From NCBI GenBank assembly GCA_030264375.1, contig JASCQW010000190.1:78717370-78781369 (forward strand): DNA of 64,000 bases, given 5' to 3'. The DNA comes from Carcharhinus longimanus. Its lineage: Eukaryota. This document shows, in pieces, positions 50,891 to 64,000 of the stretch. Numbering within the stretch: the stretch's first letter is position 1; each line of letters starts with the position of its first letter. A program made the position numbers and the translations under genes. The notes under the pieces were generated by a model, which did not search any database, was not told where the DNA came from, and saw only the letters and a list, made by a program, of their open reading frames with translations.

Positions 50891-52920
50891 TCTATAAATC
50901 TGAAAAGTTCTTCCAGGTCATCACACATTACTTGCCATTGTGTATTTTCAGTAGAGGGGCTTAACTTCCCAGCTCCATTACAGATTTTTCCCCCTCTCGG
51001 GCAACATCAAGACACTTGAGGCTTTGTTAAGAACAAGAGGTATTTATTCTTAAAGAGAAACCAAGTATAGAGAATTACAGCCACACCTACCCTTCACTGA
51101 TGGGATGGCTGAAATAATGGATCCATGCCAGCTGACCACCATAGCAACACCAAGTGTTAAAGCCAAGTGTGGCGCTCCTCCCACATTACCTCACACCCCT
51201 CCCAGGTAGAACAAATCTTAGGGCAGCACCGTGGCACAATGTTTAGCACTGCTGCCTCACAGGACCAGGGCTTGGGTCACTGTCTGTGTGGAGCCTGCAC
51301 ATGCTCTCCATGTCTACATGGGTTTCCTCCCGGTGCTCCAGTTTCTCCGGTGCGTTGGTCCAAACAGATGCTGAATTGTGATGACTAGGGGAATTTCACG
51401 GCAACTTCATTGCAGTGTTAATGTAAGTCTTACTTGTGACTAATAAATAAGCTTTACTTTTATTTTTGTCTTTATCTGACACCATTGATCTGGGACTTCA
51501 AATGGTGGTGCTTTATTTTTATGACAGGATGGAATTTGACCCTTTGTCCCTCACTGTCCCTGTGCCTCCGATTACCCGAAGCCTCATGATGTGCAGGTAA
51601 ATCTGCCTCCTGTTATTCTTCAGAATGCAAATGAAAGCAAATGGCATTCACACCACCAGGCAGTAGAATAATTGACCTGTCATTAATCCACCATTGGCAA
51701 AATTTCAAACTGTTTATACACTGCTGGATCTTCAACTTTTTGGCTTTCACTGGTTTTCTCGCTCCCACCCAGCACAAGCAGGATAGGAGAATTCCACCCT
51801 AAATCTAATTATTAATATGGCAAGACTTTCCTTGGCTCGGAGTTTTCATTATGCTACACTGACCTTTTCAGTATAATTCACCTTAAATTGGCCAAACCAG
51901 TGCAAAAGATTGAGGAATTAAGTCCATTTGCAAATTGATTTTCTCTGATCTTGTAGAAGATAGGAGCAGGAGAAGGCCATTTGGCCCTTCAAGCCTTGTG
52001 CATTAGTTCACATTAGAAACTTGCTGCCCCTAAAAAACTGACCTTGCCCCAAGAACAATTTATTCAGCATTGGGAGTTTCATGTATTTGCACTTGTTTGT
52101 GACCCTTCAAAGTGGTTTTCATGTTAAGATATTTTTAGGCATAAAGACATTAATGTTCACATTTTATAAGCTTTTAAATACATTTCCTAATGTGCTAAGA
52201 AACTGACTTATGTATCAACATCGCAAGTAAATGATTTAAGTTTTTATTTATTAGTATCAAGAGGAAGGCTTCCATTAACAATAAAGGCTTCCATTAGCAA
52301 TAAAGTTACTGTGAAAATCCCTACTTGCAACAGTCCAGTGCCTTTTCAGGTCAATGCATCTAACCAGCGTGTCTTTCAGATTGTGGGAGGAAACCGGATC
52401 ACCCAGAGGAAACCCAAGCAGACATGAGGAGAGCATGCAACCTCCACACAGACACTGACCCAAGCTGGGAATAAAATCTGAGTCCCTGGTGCTGTGAGGC
52501 AGCAGTGCTAACCACTGAGTCATTGTATTAGATAGTAAACTGTGTAGAAGAGGGAATCCTGAAAATTACTTTAAAATAAATTATGACAGCAAAAATCCAA
52601 AAGTTCAAACTAGTAAAATATAAATTTGGAACTGATATTAAGGAACTTTTCACACAAAAGGTGATTAACATTTGTGATGGCATCAATGGACCCTTGATGT
52701 TGCCTCACCTTAGCCGAAGGGTTAGTTTAAGAGTAGTAAAATGAGACCATACCATAAGTACAATAATAGAAAGAACAACCCATTGTAAATATAAATGTAC
52801 ACAAACGAAATCATTGTATGTGATTAAGTTCAATGTTCAAGGCACTGTCTGTTCTTTGTTTAGTTTTTGTATTTGCAAGGGTGTTTTAAGGTTAATCTGC
52901 AATAGAAAATACAGTTCTCT

Positions 52921-53500
52921 TCATTTGATTTGATTTGATTTGATTTATTATTGTCATATGCATTAACATACCTGTGAAAAGTATTGTTTGGTGCATGCTA
53001 TACAGACAAAGCATACCATTCATAGAGAAGGAAACGAGAGAGTGCAGAACATAGTATTACAGTCATAGCTAGGGTGTAGAGAAAGATCAACTTAATGCAT
53101 GGTAGCTCCATTCAAAAGTCCAACAGCAGAANNNNNNNNNNNNNNNNNNNNNNNNNNNNNNNNNNNNNNNNNNNNNNNNNNNNNNNNNNNNNNNNNNNNN
53201 NNNNNNNNNNNNNNNNNNNNNNNNNNNNNNNCTGCTTGGTTTTTCTTAGGTACTGGGATGATGGTTGTCTTCTTGAAGCAGATATGGTCCTCAGGTTGTT
53301 GCAAAGAGAGGTTGAAGATGTCTGTGAATGCCAGCTGAACCGCACAGGATTTGTGTACTCTTTCCATGGGTTGACCTTCGAGAAAGCTGCTCTGACAAGT
53401 GCAATAGTGACCCCAGATGCAGGTTCATGTAGGGCTTCCAGGTGGAGAACATACTCTCACTGACTTCTTGTTCAGAACGGGCGTAGTATGCATTGAGCTC
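52921..53500 (-). mobile_element. Rex1/Babar LINE spanning a gap
   Basis: (ATTTG)n tail at 52923-52946 and FTDIFNLSLQQ..CFKKTTIIPVPKK. Confidence 0.8.
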
Positions 53501-53759
53501 ATCAGAAAGGGGTGCGTTGGATCTGGCAATTTTACATGCCTTTATCTTGTAGCCTGTTATGTCTGTTCCTGTCTTTTCAAGCCAAGCAATTCCAGTATAT
53601 TTTTGCTTGAGCTGGGTGGTTCATTTAATGTTTATTACAGAGGATTCCATATTGGTACTTGGAGTTTCGACCCATTGGAAGGTGCATTACATATCTTATT
53701 GTGATTAGGGGAGGGACGAGGAAAACAAACAGAAGGGTTGATATTTCTGGGGCTAAAAT

Positions 53760-53990
53760 AAGGTGATGCAGGACTGTGGAAATAATGAAAGAGGCAAGCT
53801 GTAGTTTGATAAATTTGATGAGGTCATTCAGTGTCATCCTGACCCACAGCCATCTCCTGGGAGCATAACTGGTGGCATTGATTTGCTCTAACACGTCCCG
53901 CCATTGCTTTTGCTTCAGTCGTCTGAGCATCAATCAAGGAAAAAGAGGGTCACAATGATCATTTGCTCTGTGCACACCTCCATGATTTCA
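53760..53990 (-). mobile_element. Myb/SANT-like (trihelix) DNA-binding domain remnant, Harbinger-associated
   Basis: KQWRDVLEQINATSYAPRRWLWVRMTLNDL fits the W..V...VNA....RT..QCRKK.NDL pattern. Confidence 0.65.
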
Positions 53991-54399
53991 GCAGTGAATC
54001 TGAGGGGCTTGATGAAGTCATGGTGAACGCTTCTTCAGATAATCAATAACCAGTATTGAAAAGTGAATCTCCCCAAGAAGGGGCTGCAGACTGCCTCTTA
54101 GTAGCAGCTACCCTGCTGGATTTCCTGCCTTCCCATTTGCCAGATTCTCTACAGGGAGAATGATTAGTGCTGGCAGTTTGTCAACTATTTTAGAGGATGG
54201 ACCACAGAAATGGCTTGGGATTCCTGCCAACTCCATCAGGTTGGTGGGTAGAATGGCTCACCCTGATTTACACTCCACATTCAAATGCTTTTCATTGAAT
54301 TAATGATGTTTGCATTCATGCAGACAAAAGGCTGCTAGTAATGCAGCTGTGCCAAAAAAATAAAGTTGCAAGTCATTTCTTTCCAAAATAAATCTCGAT

Positions 54400-56450
54400 G
54401 ATCAAGCCCGGGCATCAACAATATTTGAGTTACACTTTACTACTTCACTACATATCCATGAGAAACGTAGAGAGTGGCCGCAACTGTCCGGCTGTGCCGT
54501 TCCTGGCACAAATCGCACAGATCCGGGGAAGTTGCGTGTAGGCCTAAAGACAGCTTTTGAGTCTGGTGCCAATTTTCCTGGTCCCCTTTGCGGGCACAAA
54601 CCAGATTGAGTCCAGAAAGGGTGTGAGGCTGATTAGCATGATTCGGCTGGATTTTTATCTCATTAGCGAGTTTGGCACATGATCCACTACCCCCTCCTTC
54701 TGGACTGTTCCTACCTCTCCAGCGGGATGTCTCATGGGTGCACACCACTATTGGTCCCTTGAAGTGTGATCCAGGTGCCATGATTGTGAGGGCAAGTGAG
54801 GAGGTGAGTGCTGCCTAGCATCAACACCCAGCATGCAAAAGGGGCGAGTCTGCTGCTGCCATTATGTATGATGCTTGAAGAACCTACAAGTGTACAGGTT
54901 TTTGGGGGGGGGCAGGGGGTTCCTCAGGCTGGGCGGGAGGTCCTTAGGTCACGAGTCACCACTGGGTTGGGGCTATTCTGGTGAGTATTCTCCCTGCCCA
55001 CTGAAAGAACTTTGAGGAGTTAGACAGGCTTTGTGGCTGACAATTGACATTCCATCTCAGGCCTTACTAACAGTTACAAGCACCAGGTTTGGCAGTTGTT
55101 CCCCCTATTAAGAGAGTTTGGTAGGTGTTAACACAGCTCTGCACACACTGCATGAACTCTGCAGGGCTCCCTACAATTGGCACCCATCACACAAAGGTTA
55201 GGAGGGTGCCTTTCTGAACTGCACATCATGTCTGGAAGCTAGTTTACACCATACCTCCAGATGGGTGCACACGAGTTTACACTGCAAGGATTCCTCAATT
55301 CTCACAAACACCCTTATGCCCTACATGAGTGTCAGCACTGAGCCCAGTCTGTCACATGCCGCCACCAATAGCCTCTGGTACCGGGGGTCCATATCTGGGA
55401 GGACTGGCCATCTGGAGGGGCAGCTTTGCAACTCACATCTGTGACCACACAACTGCATTGGCAGTGCAGAAATCATCATGCCATATCATGTGAAGGGAGG
55501 ATACAGCCACGTGGGAGGCCATTGACAACCATGAGAGGGCATTGACAGTGCCCATTGCTGCTGAGNNNNNNNNNNNNNNNNNGTTGGTAGCCAACTGAGA
55601 TGGCGCATGGCAACGGGGATGGTGTAGGTTTATCAGCTTCCAAAATCGTGAGGACACATGCTGCTGGGAGGGATTGAGAGGCCGGGATGGATAATCTTAC
55701 AGATAATCCCTCTTTCCTTCCCCCTCCTGGAGTAACCATGAATGTTGGGATTGAGCCATAAGTGCTAGCAGAGGTAGCTGGAGTGGACTCCAGATGCTTC
55801 TGTGTCACCTGGTGCTGCCAGTCCTGGAGTTCCAATATTGTCTGCACCATGGTGTGCAAGCCCTCAGTGATGGCCCTCTAAGTCTGGACCAAGCTCTGGT
55901 GCCCCTCTGCAATTGGCTGCTGTGTCTTGAGTATGCCCCCAAAGCCCTGAACTACGGTCCTCAGAGATTCAGCAATGCCCTGGACCCTGCCACTCATAGC
56001 TACAAATTCTGCCCTCCTCCACTGCATCCAGAAGCCTTCCGAGTTCTGCCTCTGTAAAGTGTGGCACTGCTCTGCACACTGCCATCTTCCTAGTGTGGCT
56101 GGCTTTAAGTGCCGCGGGAGTGTTTGAGTGCAATTTCCCCTTGTTATCAGTGCACAGTTGCAGCTAGTTCAAGCGAGTCACGCTCCTGGGGACTCCAAAC
56201 CAGCATGATTTACATGGAGGTTTGTTCAGTGCACTAAGTGTGGGGCAATTGTGGTTTGGTATATACCAGACAGACAGACAGTCACAGATTGCTCTGGATT
56301 TCTCACCCTTATGATACTTAGTCCAGAATGTTATAGCCATTTACACCAGCAGGATTTTCCCATCCTATTACAGTGAGTGGAGATTTGCCTGGGCACCAAA
56401 TTCTCAGACCTTGCTGCAGCAGGAACGTGATGTGAACAGTACCTGAAAAT
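54400..56450 (-). mobile_element. Degenerate Harbinger-derived non-autonomous element
   Basis: GC-rich block with short repeats like the other MITEs here and a broken coiled-coil ORF (MHTMVQTILELQDWQHQV). Confidence 0.4.
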
Positions 56451-58034
56451 TGTGCCCTTAGTCATATTTTGGCAAAATTCTGCCCAGTATTTAAATAGAA
56501 TAAGTCTCACAAAAAAAATTATGTATACAATTCTTTGGTGACAGTAAAGGATATAATGTAATGCTTGAACTTGTAATGAAAACTGACTGTGTACGAGAAT
56601 AAAACTCAAGCTAAACAGTGCTACAATTTCCTTTTTTAGGTCCTTGGCAATCATATTCCTTTGTGGCTACATTAAAAAATCTGCCTGTAGTCAGCAACCC
56701 AGCTCTGTTTACTGAGCAACTTGGTGACCCTTTCTTTTTCACTACGCTTTGGGTGTGTTGCAAACTGCAATCTTTATTAGCTGATAAAGGCATAGAAATG
56801 TTTTAATTCATGTCTGCAGTAGACATCCGCAAGTCTGTGATGCTTAATCTTGATACAAACTTAATGACAGTGCTGGGTTGGGTTGTTTGACCGTTACAAA
56901 TGTAAAGTATTAAATATTTTCCTTGGTAAATACAGAAGGATATGTGTTTAAAAATGGAAAATTTGGAGTAAGAACGAAAGTCAAAGTCAGAAAGTTGTGG
57001 CTCAAGTAAAATTGTTACCAGGCAGGCTATTGATCTGTTGTATAGTATGAATGGTTTCAAGAAGCAATTGTTATTTTCTGAAGATAAATTGAGAGATAAA
57101 TTCAGGAATTTTTGTTGTTGATGTGAATGGATGAAAGCTTATATGTTCATGTGACATTCCTCTGTGTGTTATTTTAGTGGACGCCTTAACCCATTTAAAA
57201 TAAATGGGCAAATTCCAGCACTAAAATGGGAAAGGAATGTCAGATGAATGCATGAAGCTTCTATTGGCTAAGATCAGCCACAGCACTTACTTTGCTAAGG
57301 TGAGTAGATTTATTTATAAAATTGAATGGTCCTATGGAAGTTAATGGCAGCTGGCTGGATTTTAAAGTTTGCTTTTCTAAATAGAAAAATTCAAGGAATT
57401 GAAAACACTTCTCAGCCAATCACAGTTCATTCCTCTCTTGTTGTTAGACAAAACTGCTATGAGTCCAGAGGCCTTTTAACCTGAAAATGTTCTGCCTATC
57501 ATTTCATTATCATGGGAAAACAAAACGTCCATTGAATTTGTACATGTAGTGTTTACTGATGTAATACACCAGAATTTCAGGCTTAAATAAGAGCAAAATA
57601 CCAAGGATATTGGAAACCTGAAACAAGAATAGAAAGTGCCAGAAATACTCAGCAGGTCTGGCAGCATCTGTGGAGGGTGAAACAGTTCACATTTCAAGTC
57701 AAGATTCTTCCCCACTTTCGAAGAAGTCAATGAGGTAAATTTTAGGAAATATCTTAAAGGAGAAAAGTAAGATGCAGAGGAGGAAAAGAAGGAATTTCAG
57801 AGCTTGAGGCCCAGGCAATTGAAGGTGTGGTCACCAATGGTGGAATAATAATGATTATGAATGCATAAGAGGCCAAAATTAGAGGCAATACCATAGAATG
57901 TTGTGAGGCTGGAGGAGATTACAGAGATAGGAAGTGGTAAGGACATGGAACCATAAAATCTTCATTTGCATTTGGCCCATTGAGCCTGCACAGGCAGCTA
58001 TCCCACCAGATCCTATCCCTATAATCTCACATAT

Positions 58035-58927
58035 TTGGCACTATTCCATTGCACTCCCACTAACCTCCTCTGTAAACTTGAAGTCATCCAAAACTCTGCT
58101 GCCCATCTCTTAACTCACAATAAGTCCCGTTTCCCTATTACCCTTGTACTAGTTGACCAGCTGGCTCCTGGTCTAGCAACATTTTGAATTTTAAAATACC
58201 CATCCTTGTCTTCAGGTTCCTCCAGGCAGCTCAGTGGCACAGTGGTTAGCACTGCTGCCTGACAGCACGAGGGACCCAGGTTCAATTCCATCCTCAGATC
58301 ACTGTCTGTGCGGAGTTTGCACATTCTCCCTGCATCCATGTGGGTTTCCTCCAGGTGCTCTGGTTTCCCTGCTGGTCCTCCTGACACTAAGGGGCAATTT
58401 AGCATGGCCATTCAATCCAACCCGCACACTTTGGAATNNNNNNNNNNNNNNNNNNNNNNNNNNNNNNNNNNNNNNNNNNNNNNNNNNNNNNNNNNNNNNN
58501 NNNNNNNNNNNNNNNNNNNNNNNNNNNNNNNNNNNNNCACTAAGGGGCAATTTAGCATGGCCATTCAATCCAACCCGCACACTTTGGAATGTGGGAAGAA
58601 ACCAGAGCACTCGAAGGAAACCCACGTGGATGCAAGGAGAATGTGCAGACTCCACACAGACAGTGACTCGAGGCCGGAACAGAATCTGGGTCCCTGGTGC
58701 TGTGAGGCAGCAGTACTAATCACTGTGCCACTGTGCCCCTGGAGGGACCTGAAGACAAGGATGGGCATTTTAAAATTCAAAATGTTACTAGAATGGCAAG
58801 TACAAGGGTATTAGGGGAATGGGACTTACTGTGAATTAAGGCATGGACAGCAGAGTTTTGGATGACCTCAAGTTTACAGAGGATAGAATGTGGGAGGTCA
58901 GTCAGGAGTGCAATGGGATAATGCCAA
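58035..58927. repeat. Inverted duplication of an L2/SINE junction segment (arms ~58035-58366 and ~58598-58927)
   Basis: Both arms contain the same L2-fragment/SINE-head junction in opposite orientations. Confidence 0.85.
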
Positions 58928-59997
58928 AGACATGGTTGAAGGAACAGGTATAATGAATCAGCTGAGTAGTCCGATTTTACTCCAGGCTTTCCTGTGACCT
59001 TATTTATTACATCTTACCACAAACTAGCATTGTGCCAAATGTAATAATTCCATATTAACGAGCATGTTTCATAGTGACTGATGCATTTCGGGCTTCATTA
59101 CAAAGCAAAGAAATTAATTGCATTGCTAGGTCTTTTACTGACACTTTTCGGCACAGTTTCAACCCAGAAGTAAAGAAAACAGCCACATTTCTTACCAATC
59201 CATTTTATTAACTGAAGTTTCCTGGGAAGATTTATAAAGCCATTGGCCATTACACTCAGCTGTCATGCTGCTCTCACACCTGATGCGATGTCTTGTGAAG
59301 TGGATAATCTAATTTAAGTAAATCCCATGAGAAGTATTCTGAGGCTCCCTTTACTAAATTAAAATTGTTTGAGATTCTGGCCAGCTGGTAGACAGTAAAT
59401 TATGTACATTAATTTATAATTTACAGCCTGTGCATATAAAATGCATTGTTTCTTTTGCATAATGTATATTTTATTGATTCAACAAACGTGAATGAAAAAC
59501 CAACTTCTGCACTTCCTTCATGACTCCATCAGCAAAGGCTCTGGGCAGGATTTTATGGTCTTGCTCGAGCAAGACTAGAAAATTCCACCCGAGGTCAACA
59601 AAAATCTCCGTTGTCTGCCCCTTGCCTGCTCTGATTCCGTAGGAGGTAGGGCAGTAGAATTCTAGTCACTATGTCTAGCTCCTGTCCTCAGTTCACACTG
59701 AATTTGGACATCTCAGTTGGCAGTTCTGCTGTTCCTGAGTTAGGGAGAGGCAAATTAAGCAATCTTTCCTTCACTGATCTTTATCCTCCTTGAAACTGTG
59801 CATGTGTGGACATTGAATGAGTTCAAGATTGAATTCAGCTACATGGCCACAACTTCTCATTGAATGATAGAAATTTACACCACAGAAGGAAGCCTTTCAG
59901 CCATTATGTTTGCACCAGCTCCCAAAAGAGCTACTCAGTTGTCCCATTCTTCAGCCCTATCTGTGTAGCCCTCAAAATCAATCACTCTCAAATATGT

Positions 59998-61100
59998 CAG
60001 ACTTTCATTTATTGACAACAGCTCAGTCTTCAATATCATTATCCCAGCAAAACTCATCTCCAAACTCCATGGCCTAGTGCCTGGCTCCTCCCTCAATGAC
60101 TGGATCCTAGACTTCCTAACCCACAGACTGCAATCAGTAAGCAAAGGTAATTACACCTCCTCTACGATTATTCTCAACACTGGTGTTCTGTAAAGCTGTG
60201 TCATTAGCCCCTTAATATACTCCCAATATGCTTATAATTCTGTGGCCAAATTCCACTGCAACTCTGTTTTCAAGGTTGCTGATGACACCACCATAGTTAG
60301 TCAGATTTCAAACAATGAGGAGACAGAATGCAGGATGGAGAAGAGAATCTGGTGAACTGGTGCAATGACAATAATCTCTCCCTCAATGTCAGTAAAATTA
60401 AGCAGATAATCATCGATTTCAGGAAACATAGTGGAGAACATGCCCCTGTCTACACCGATGGTAAGAAATGGAAATGGTCGAAAGCTTCAAATTTCTCAGT
60501 GTTCAGATCGTCAACAACCTGTCCTGGCCTCTCCACGACGACACTAAAAACTCACCAATGCTTCTACTTTCTCAGGAGGCTAGGAAATTTAGCACGTTCG
60601 CTACAACTCTCTCCAAATTTTACAGGTGCACCATAGACAGCATCGCTTCCAGATGTATCACAGCTGGGAATGGCTCCTGCTCTGACTAAGACTGCAAAAA
60701 ACTACAAAGGGTTGTGAACGTAACCCAGTATATCACTCAACCCAGCCTCCCTTTCATTGACTCCATCTACACTTCCCACTGCCTCGGAAAAACAGCCAGC
60801 ATAATCAAGGACCCCATGCACCCCAGACATGCTGTCTTCCATCTTCTTCCATCGGGAAAGAGATACAAAAGTTTAAGATCATGTACCAACTGACTCAAGA
60901 ACAGCTTCTTCCCTGCTAACTTTTGAATGGATCTACCTTGTATTAGGTTGATCTTTCTCTATACCCTAACTGTGACTGTAACATTATATTCTGTACCTTC
61001 TCCTTTCCTTCTCCCTTATGTACTCTACAGATGGTATGTTTTGTCTATATAGTGTGCAAGAAAACAATTATTTTCACTCTTTCCCAATTCATGTGACAAT
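59998..61100 (+). mobile_element. Rex1/Babar LINE, 3' ~1.1 kb
   Basis: [50 protein letters not shown], and tail caataataaatccattcaaatcaaat. Confidence 0.85.
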
Positions 61101-61104
61101 AATA

Positions 61105-62520
61105 AATCCATTCAAATCAAATGTATCCAGCTGTCTTTTGAAACCTCCTATAGAATCTGCCTCTTCCAAGCAGTGCATTCCTAATCCCAACAACTCTCTG
61201 AGTAAAGAGATTTCTTCTCACTCTTAGCTCCCTTGCTGATCATCTTGAAATTGTGACCCACCCCCCGACGCCTCCCGAGTCACTCACATATCAACTAGTA
61301 GAAACAGAATGTACTTTCTTATCCAGTCAGAATTGTTCATAACCTTGAACACCTCAAAAAGGTTACCTCTTCTCTGCTCCAAGGAGAAGAAGCCCAATTT
61401 CTCTCATCTTTCATTGCATCTAAAATTCCTCATTTCTGGTATCACTCCAGTACATCTGCCTTGGACTCTCTCTGGAGCTTTGACATCCTTTGTTAAATAA
61501 AGTGCCCAGAACTGAACACAATGCTCCAAATGTGGTCTGACCAATGATTTGTAGAGCTGTAGCAGCTCTTCCTTGCTTTTATACCTAAGCTTCTATTTAG
61601 AAACCCAAGGATCCTAAAAACCTTCTTAACAACTGTTTCATCCTGCCAGTCCTTGGGGTTCAATTATGAACTTGAACCCCAAGGTCCTCTGCTCCTTACA
61701 CCCCTCAAAGTTGTACCATTGAGCCTCTATTGTCTCTCCATGTTTCTTCTACCAAAATGCATTATCTTACATTTTGCAGCATTAAAATTCATCTGCCAGG
61801 TGTCTGCACATTTGCCAAATTGCCAACATCCCTCTGAAGTCATTCTGTGTCATAAGAACATAAGAAATAGGAGCAGGAGTAGACCATCTAGCCCTTCGAG
61901 CCTGCCCCGCCATTCAATAAGATCATNNNNNNNNNNNNNNNNNNNNNNNNNNNNNNNNNNNNNNNNNNNNNNNNNNNNNNNNNNNNNNNNNNNNNNNNNN
62001 NNNNNNNNNNNNNNNNNNNNNNNNNNGCATGCTGCAGCTTTTCACCCTTTAAATAGTAATCCCTCCTACTATTATTCCTGCCAAAGTGGATAACCTCACA
62101 CTTACATCGTTATAATTCTCCCTAGTTTTGTATCATCTGCAAATTTAGAGAATTTGCCCTCAACACACATCTCTAAATCATTTATATAAATAAAAAAAAA
62201 CCACAGGTCTCGCCACTGATGCCTGGGGAACACTTTCAACTTCCAACTCATCTCTGAGAAATGCCCATCTATACCTGCCCTCTGTTTCATATCTCTTAGC
62301 CAACTTTTAATCCATGCTGCCAAGGACCCATTAATCCCACACATTTCTAATTTGCTAACCAACCTTGTCATGTGGCACAGTATCAAACACTTTTTGAAAG
62401 TCCAAATATACAACATCCGTGACAGTACCCTCATCCACTACCTATGTCACCTTGTCAAAGAACTCAGTTAAATATGTCAGACATGGCCTGCCCTTGACAA
62501 AGCCTGACTAGTATTAGCTT
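61105..62520 (-). mobile_element. CR1 LINE fragment with a nested younger CR1 3' end at ~61850
   Basis: LVSKLEMCGINGSLAAWIKSWL..IYINDLE..SKFADDTKLG. Confidence 0.85.
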
Positions 62521-64000
62521 ATTTTTCTCTAAGTGTATACTTAACTTATCCCATATTATGGCCTCTGTAGGAGTATTTCAGAGAGCTATATCTTATGCTG
62601 GTTTCATGCAGCAGGTTTCTCTTTATGAAAACAACTCAACAAATTCAATGAACTCACAGGACACAGGTTCTGGTTGAAGATATATTTTGTTGGCTCAGGC
62701 GTGGTTCTCACCATGTGTGGGAAAGCAATCTAAGAAAGCTCAAGTCACTCCAGTTAAATTATCAAGACATTATGTATTTATAATTTTTGAGAAATCGTCT
62801 GCCCATCTACTCTATCCATCTTAATAGGATAGACCAATCATGTTAATACGGATTATTTGCCTTGGCCTATTACATCCTACTCTCTAGCAAATGAGAATTC
62901 ATTGGTCCATAGAATCCAGATGCTTCCACCCTTTTGTCTCATACTAACTTCTATTATATAATAGAGTTCAAAGGTAACTTTCTCATTGTCTCCCCATTGA
63001 GTTCAAGAGTTGCCATTCTCATTGTATGCTCAGCATCCCTTATCAGTAGAAAATAAATTGTCCTATTCATTTATTGTCTGGGAACGATACTGATAAAAAC
63101 TATTCTCTGTGGCTGTATTGTTCTTAAAGAATGTGGTTCATCCCACTTAGATTTCATCCTATTATGCCTTGAAGCAGTCTGTATTTGGCCAAGATGTGCA
63201 GAATTCTTTCAAAAATACATATTTAAAAATCTCTACAGTGGTTATATGTGTTTCCAAGCATCTGTAGCTTTATAATTCCAAGTATATCATACTTTTTCTG
63301 TACTATAGTCATTCCTAAATTTTATAATCTATTAGTCTTTTAGTGCCAGGTTATCCTAAATTCCTCTAACAGCCTCCATCAGTTTTCCTACTGTTGATGT
63401 CAAGCTGACATTCTGTAATTTCCTGGGTTATCCTTTGTCTTTTTCTTAAATAATTGCATCATGTTCTTAGAAACACTAACAGCCTAGGTTCACACCCAAT
63501 TGAGTGACGTTCTAAAGGTTGAGTCTCATCTTGGTGCGTGTGCACCCAATTTGGCTTAAATGTATTGTTCACACCTCATTTTTTCAAGCTACCTCACTTG
63601 CATTGCTTCAGGTACTGATTTGTACACAATACTGGTGTGAGTGTAAATCTGTATAAAGGTAAATTTTAATAACATGGGAGATAAAATTCTGAAAGCCCTT
63701 GGCATTCCCCAAGGCTTTCTGATAAGAGTGATTGGCAGGGTTATGTGATGATATGGTTATTGTGTAGAACTGAGTCAGCAGCAGAAAGCCCCCCCAAAAG
63801 GCTTTTGCATTTTGGAGTTGCAGTTCTTGCTGGAAATTGCTTGAAGCAAAAGTTTTCGTAAGCTGCTCTGAAACCTATTTTCTCTTTGAAAACTTCAAGA
63901 CTGTCTGCATTCATTATAGCCCATATATTTATGAATGCTAGCTGTAATTGAAGTGGTATTTAAATCTGCAAGAGGAATGTTGTTTGTTTGGAACCAAAAT

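Noticed and set aside
57262-57280. TTGGCTAAGATCA match to U2 snRNA
   Set aside because: Only 13 nt with no flanking U2 similarity; probably chance.

Overview
Repeat-dense vertebrate genomic DNA. The SINE/LINE repertoire (HE1-type tRNA SINEs, CR1/HER1, Rex1/Babar, Penelope, Harbinger) points to a cartilaginous fish (shark). The window spans the 5' half of one minus-strand host gene of the SPATA13/ARHGEF4/ARHGEF9 (Asef/collybistin) Rho-GEF family. Three phase-compatible coding exons lie at 39583-38105, 16369-16019 and 8963-8819; the SH3-DH-PH exons should lie left of the window. The introns hold a complete but decayed GalEa-type Ty1/Copia element (28020-34690; two LTRs, tRNA-iMet PBS, 5-bp TSD) inserted into a SINE, plus Harbinger, Gypsy and Penelope remnants, some with hammerhead-like cores. 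The most unusual items are (i) a head-to-tail dimer of a diverged, near-full-length U2 snRNA-derived element (20206-20831), (ii) a CpG-retaining ~2 kb block free of recognised repeats and bracketed by ~400-bp inverted repeats (48924-50890), possibly the gene's promoter, and (iii) a template-switch-type inverted duplication at 58035-58927. All homologies were recognised by eye from recalled sequences, and repeat boundaries are approximate.
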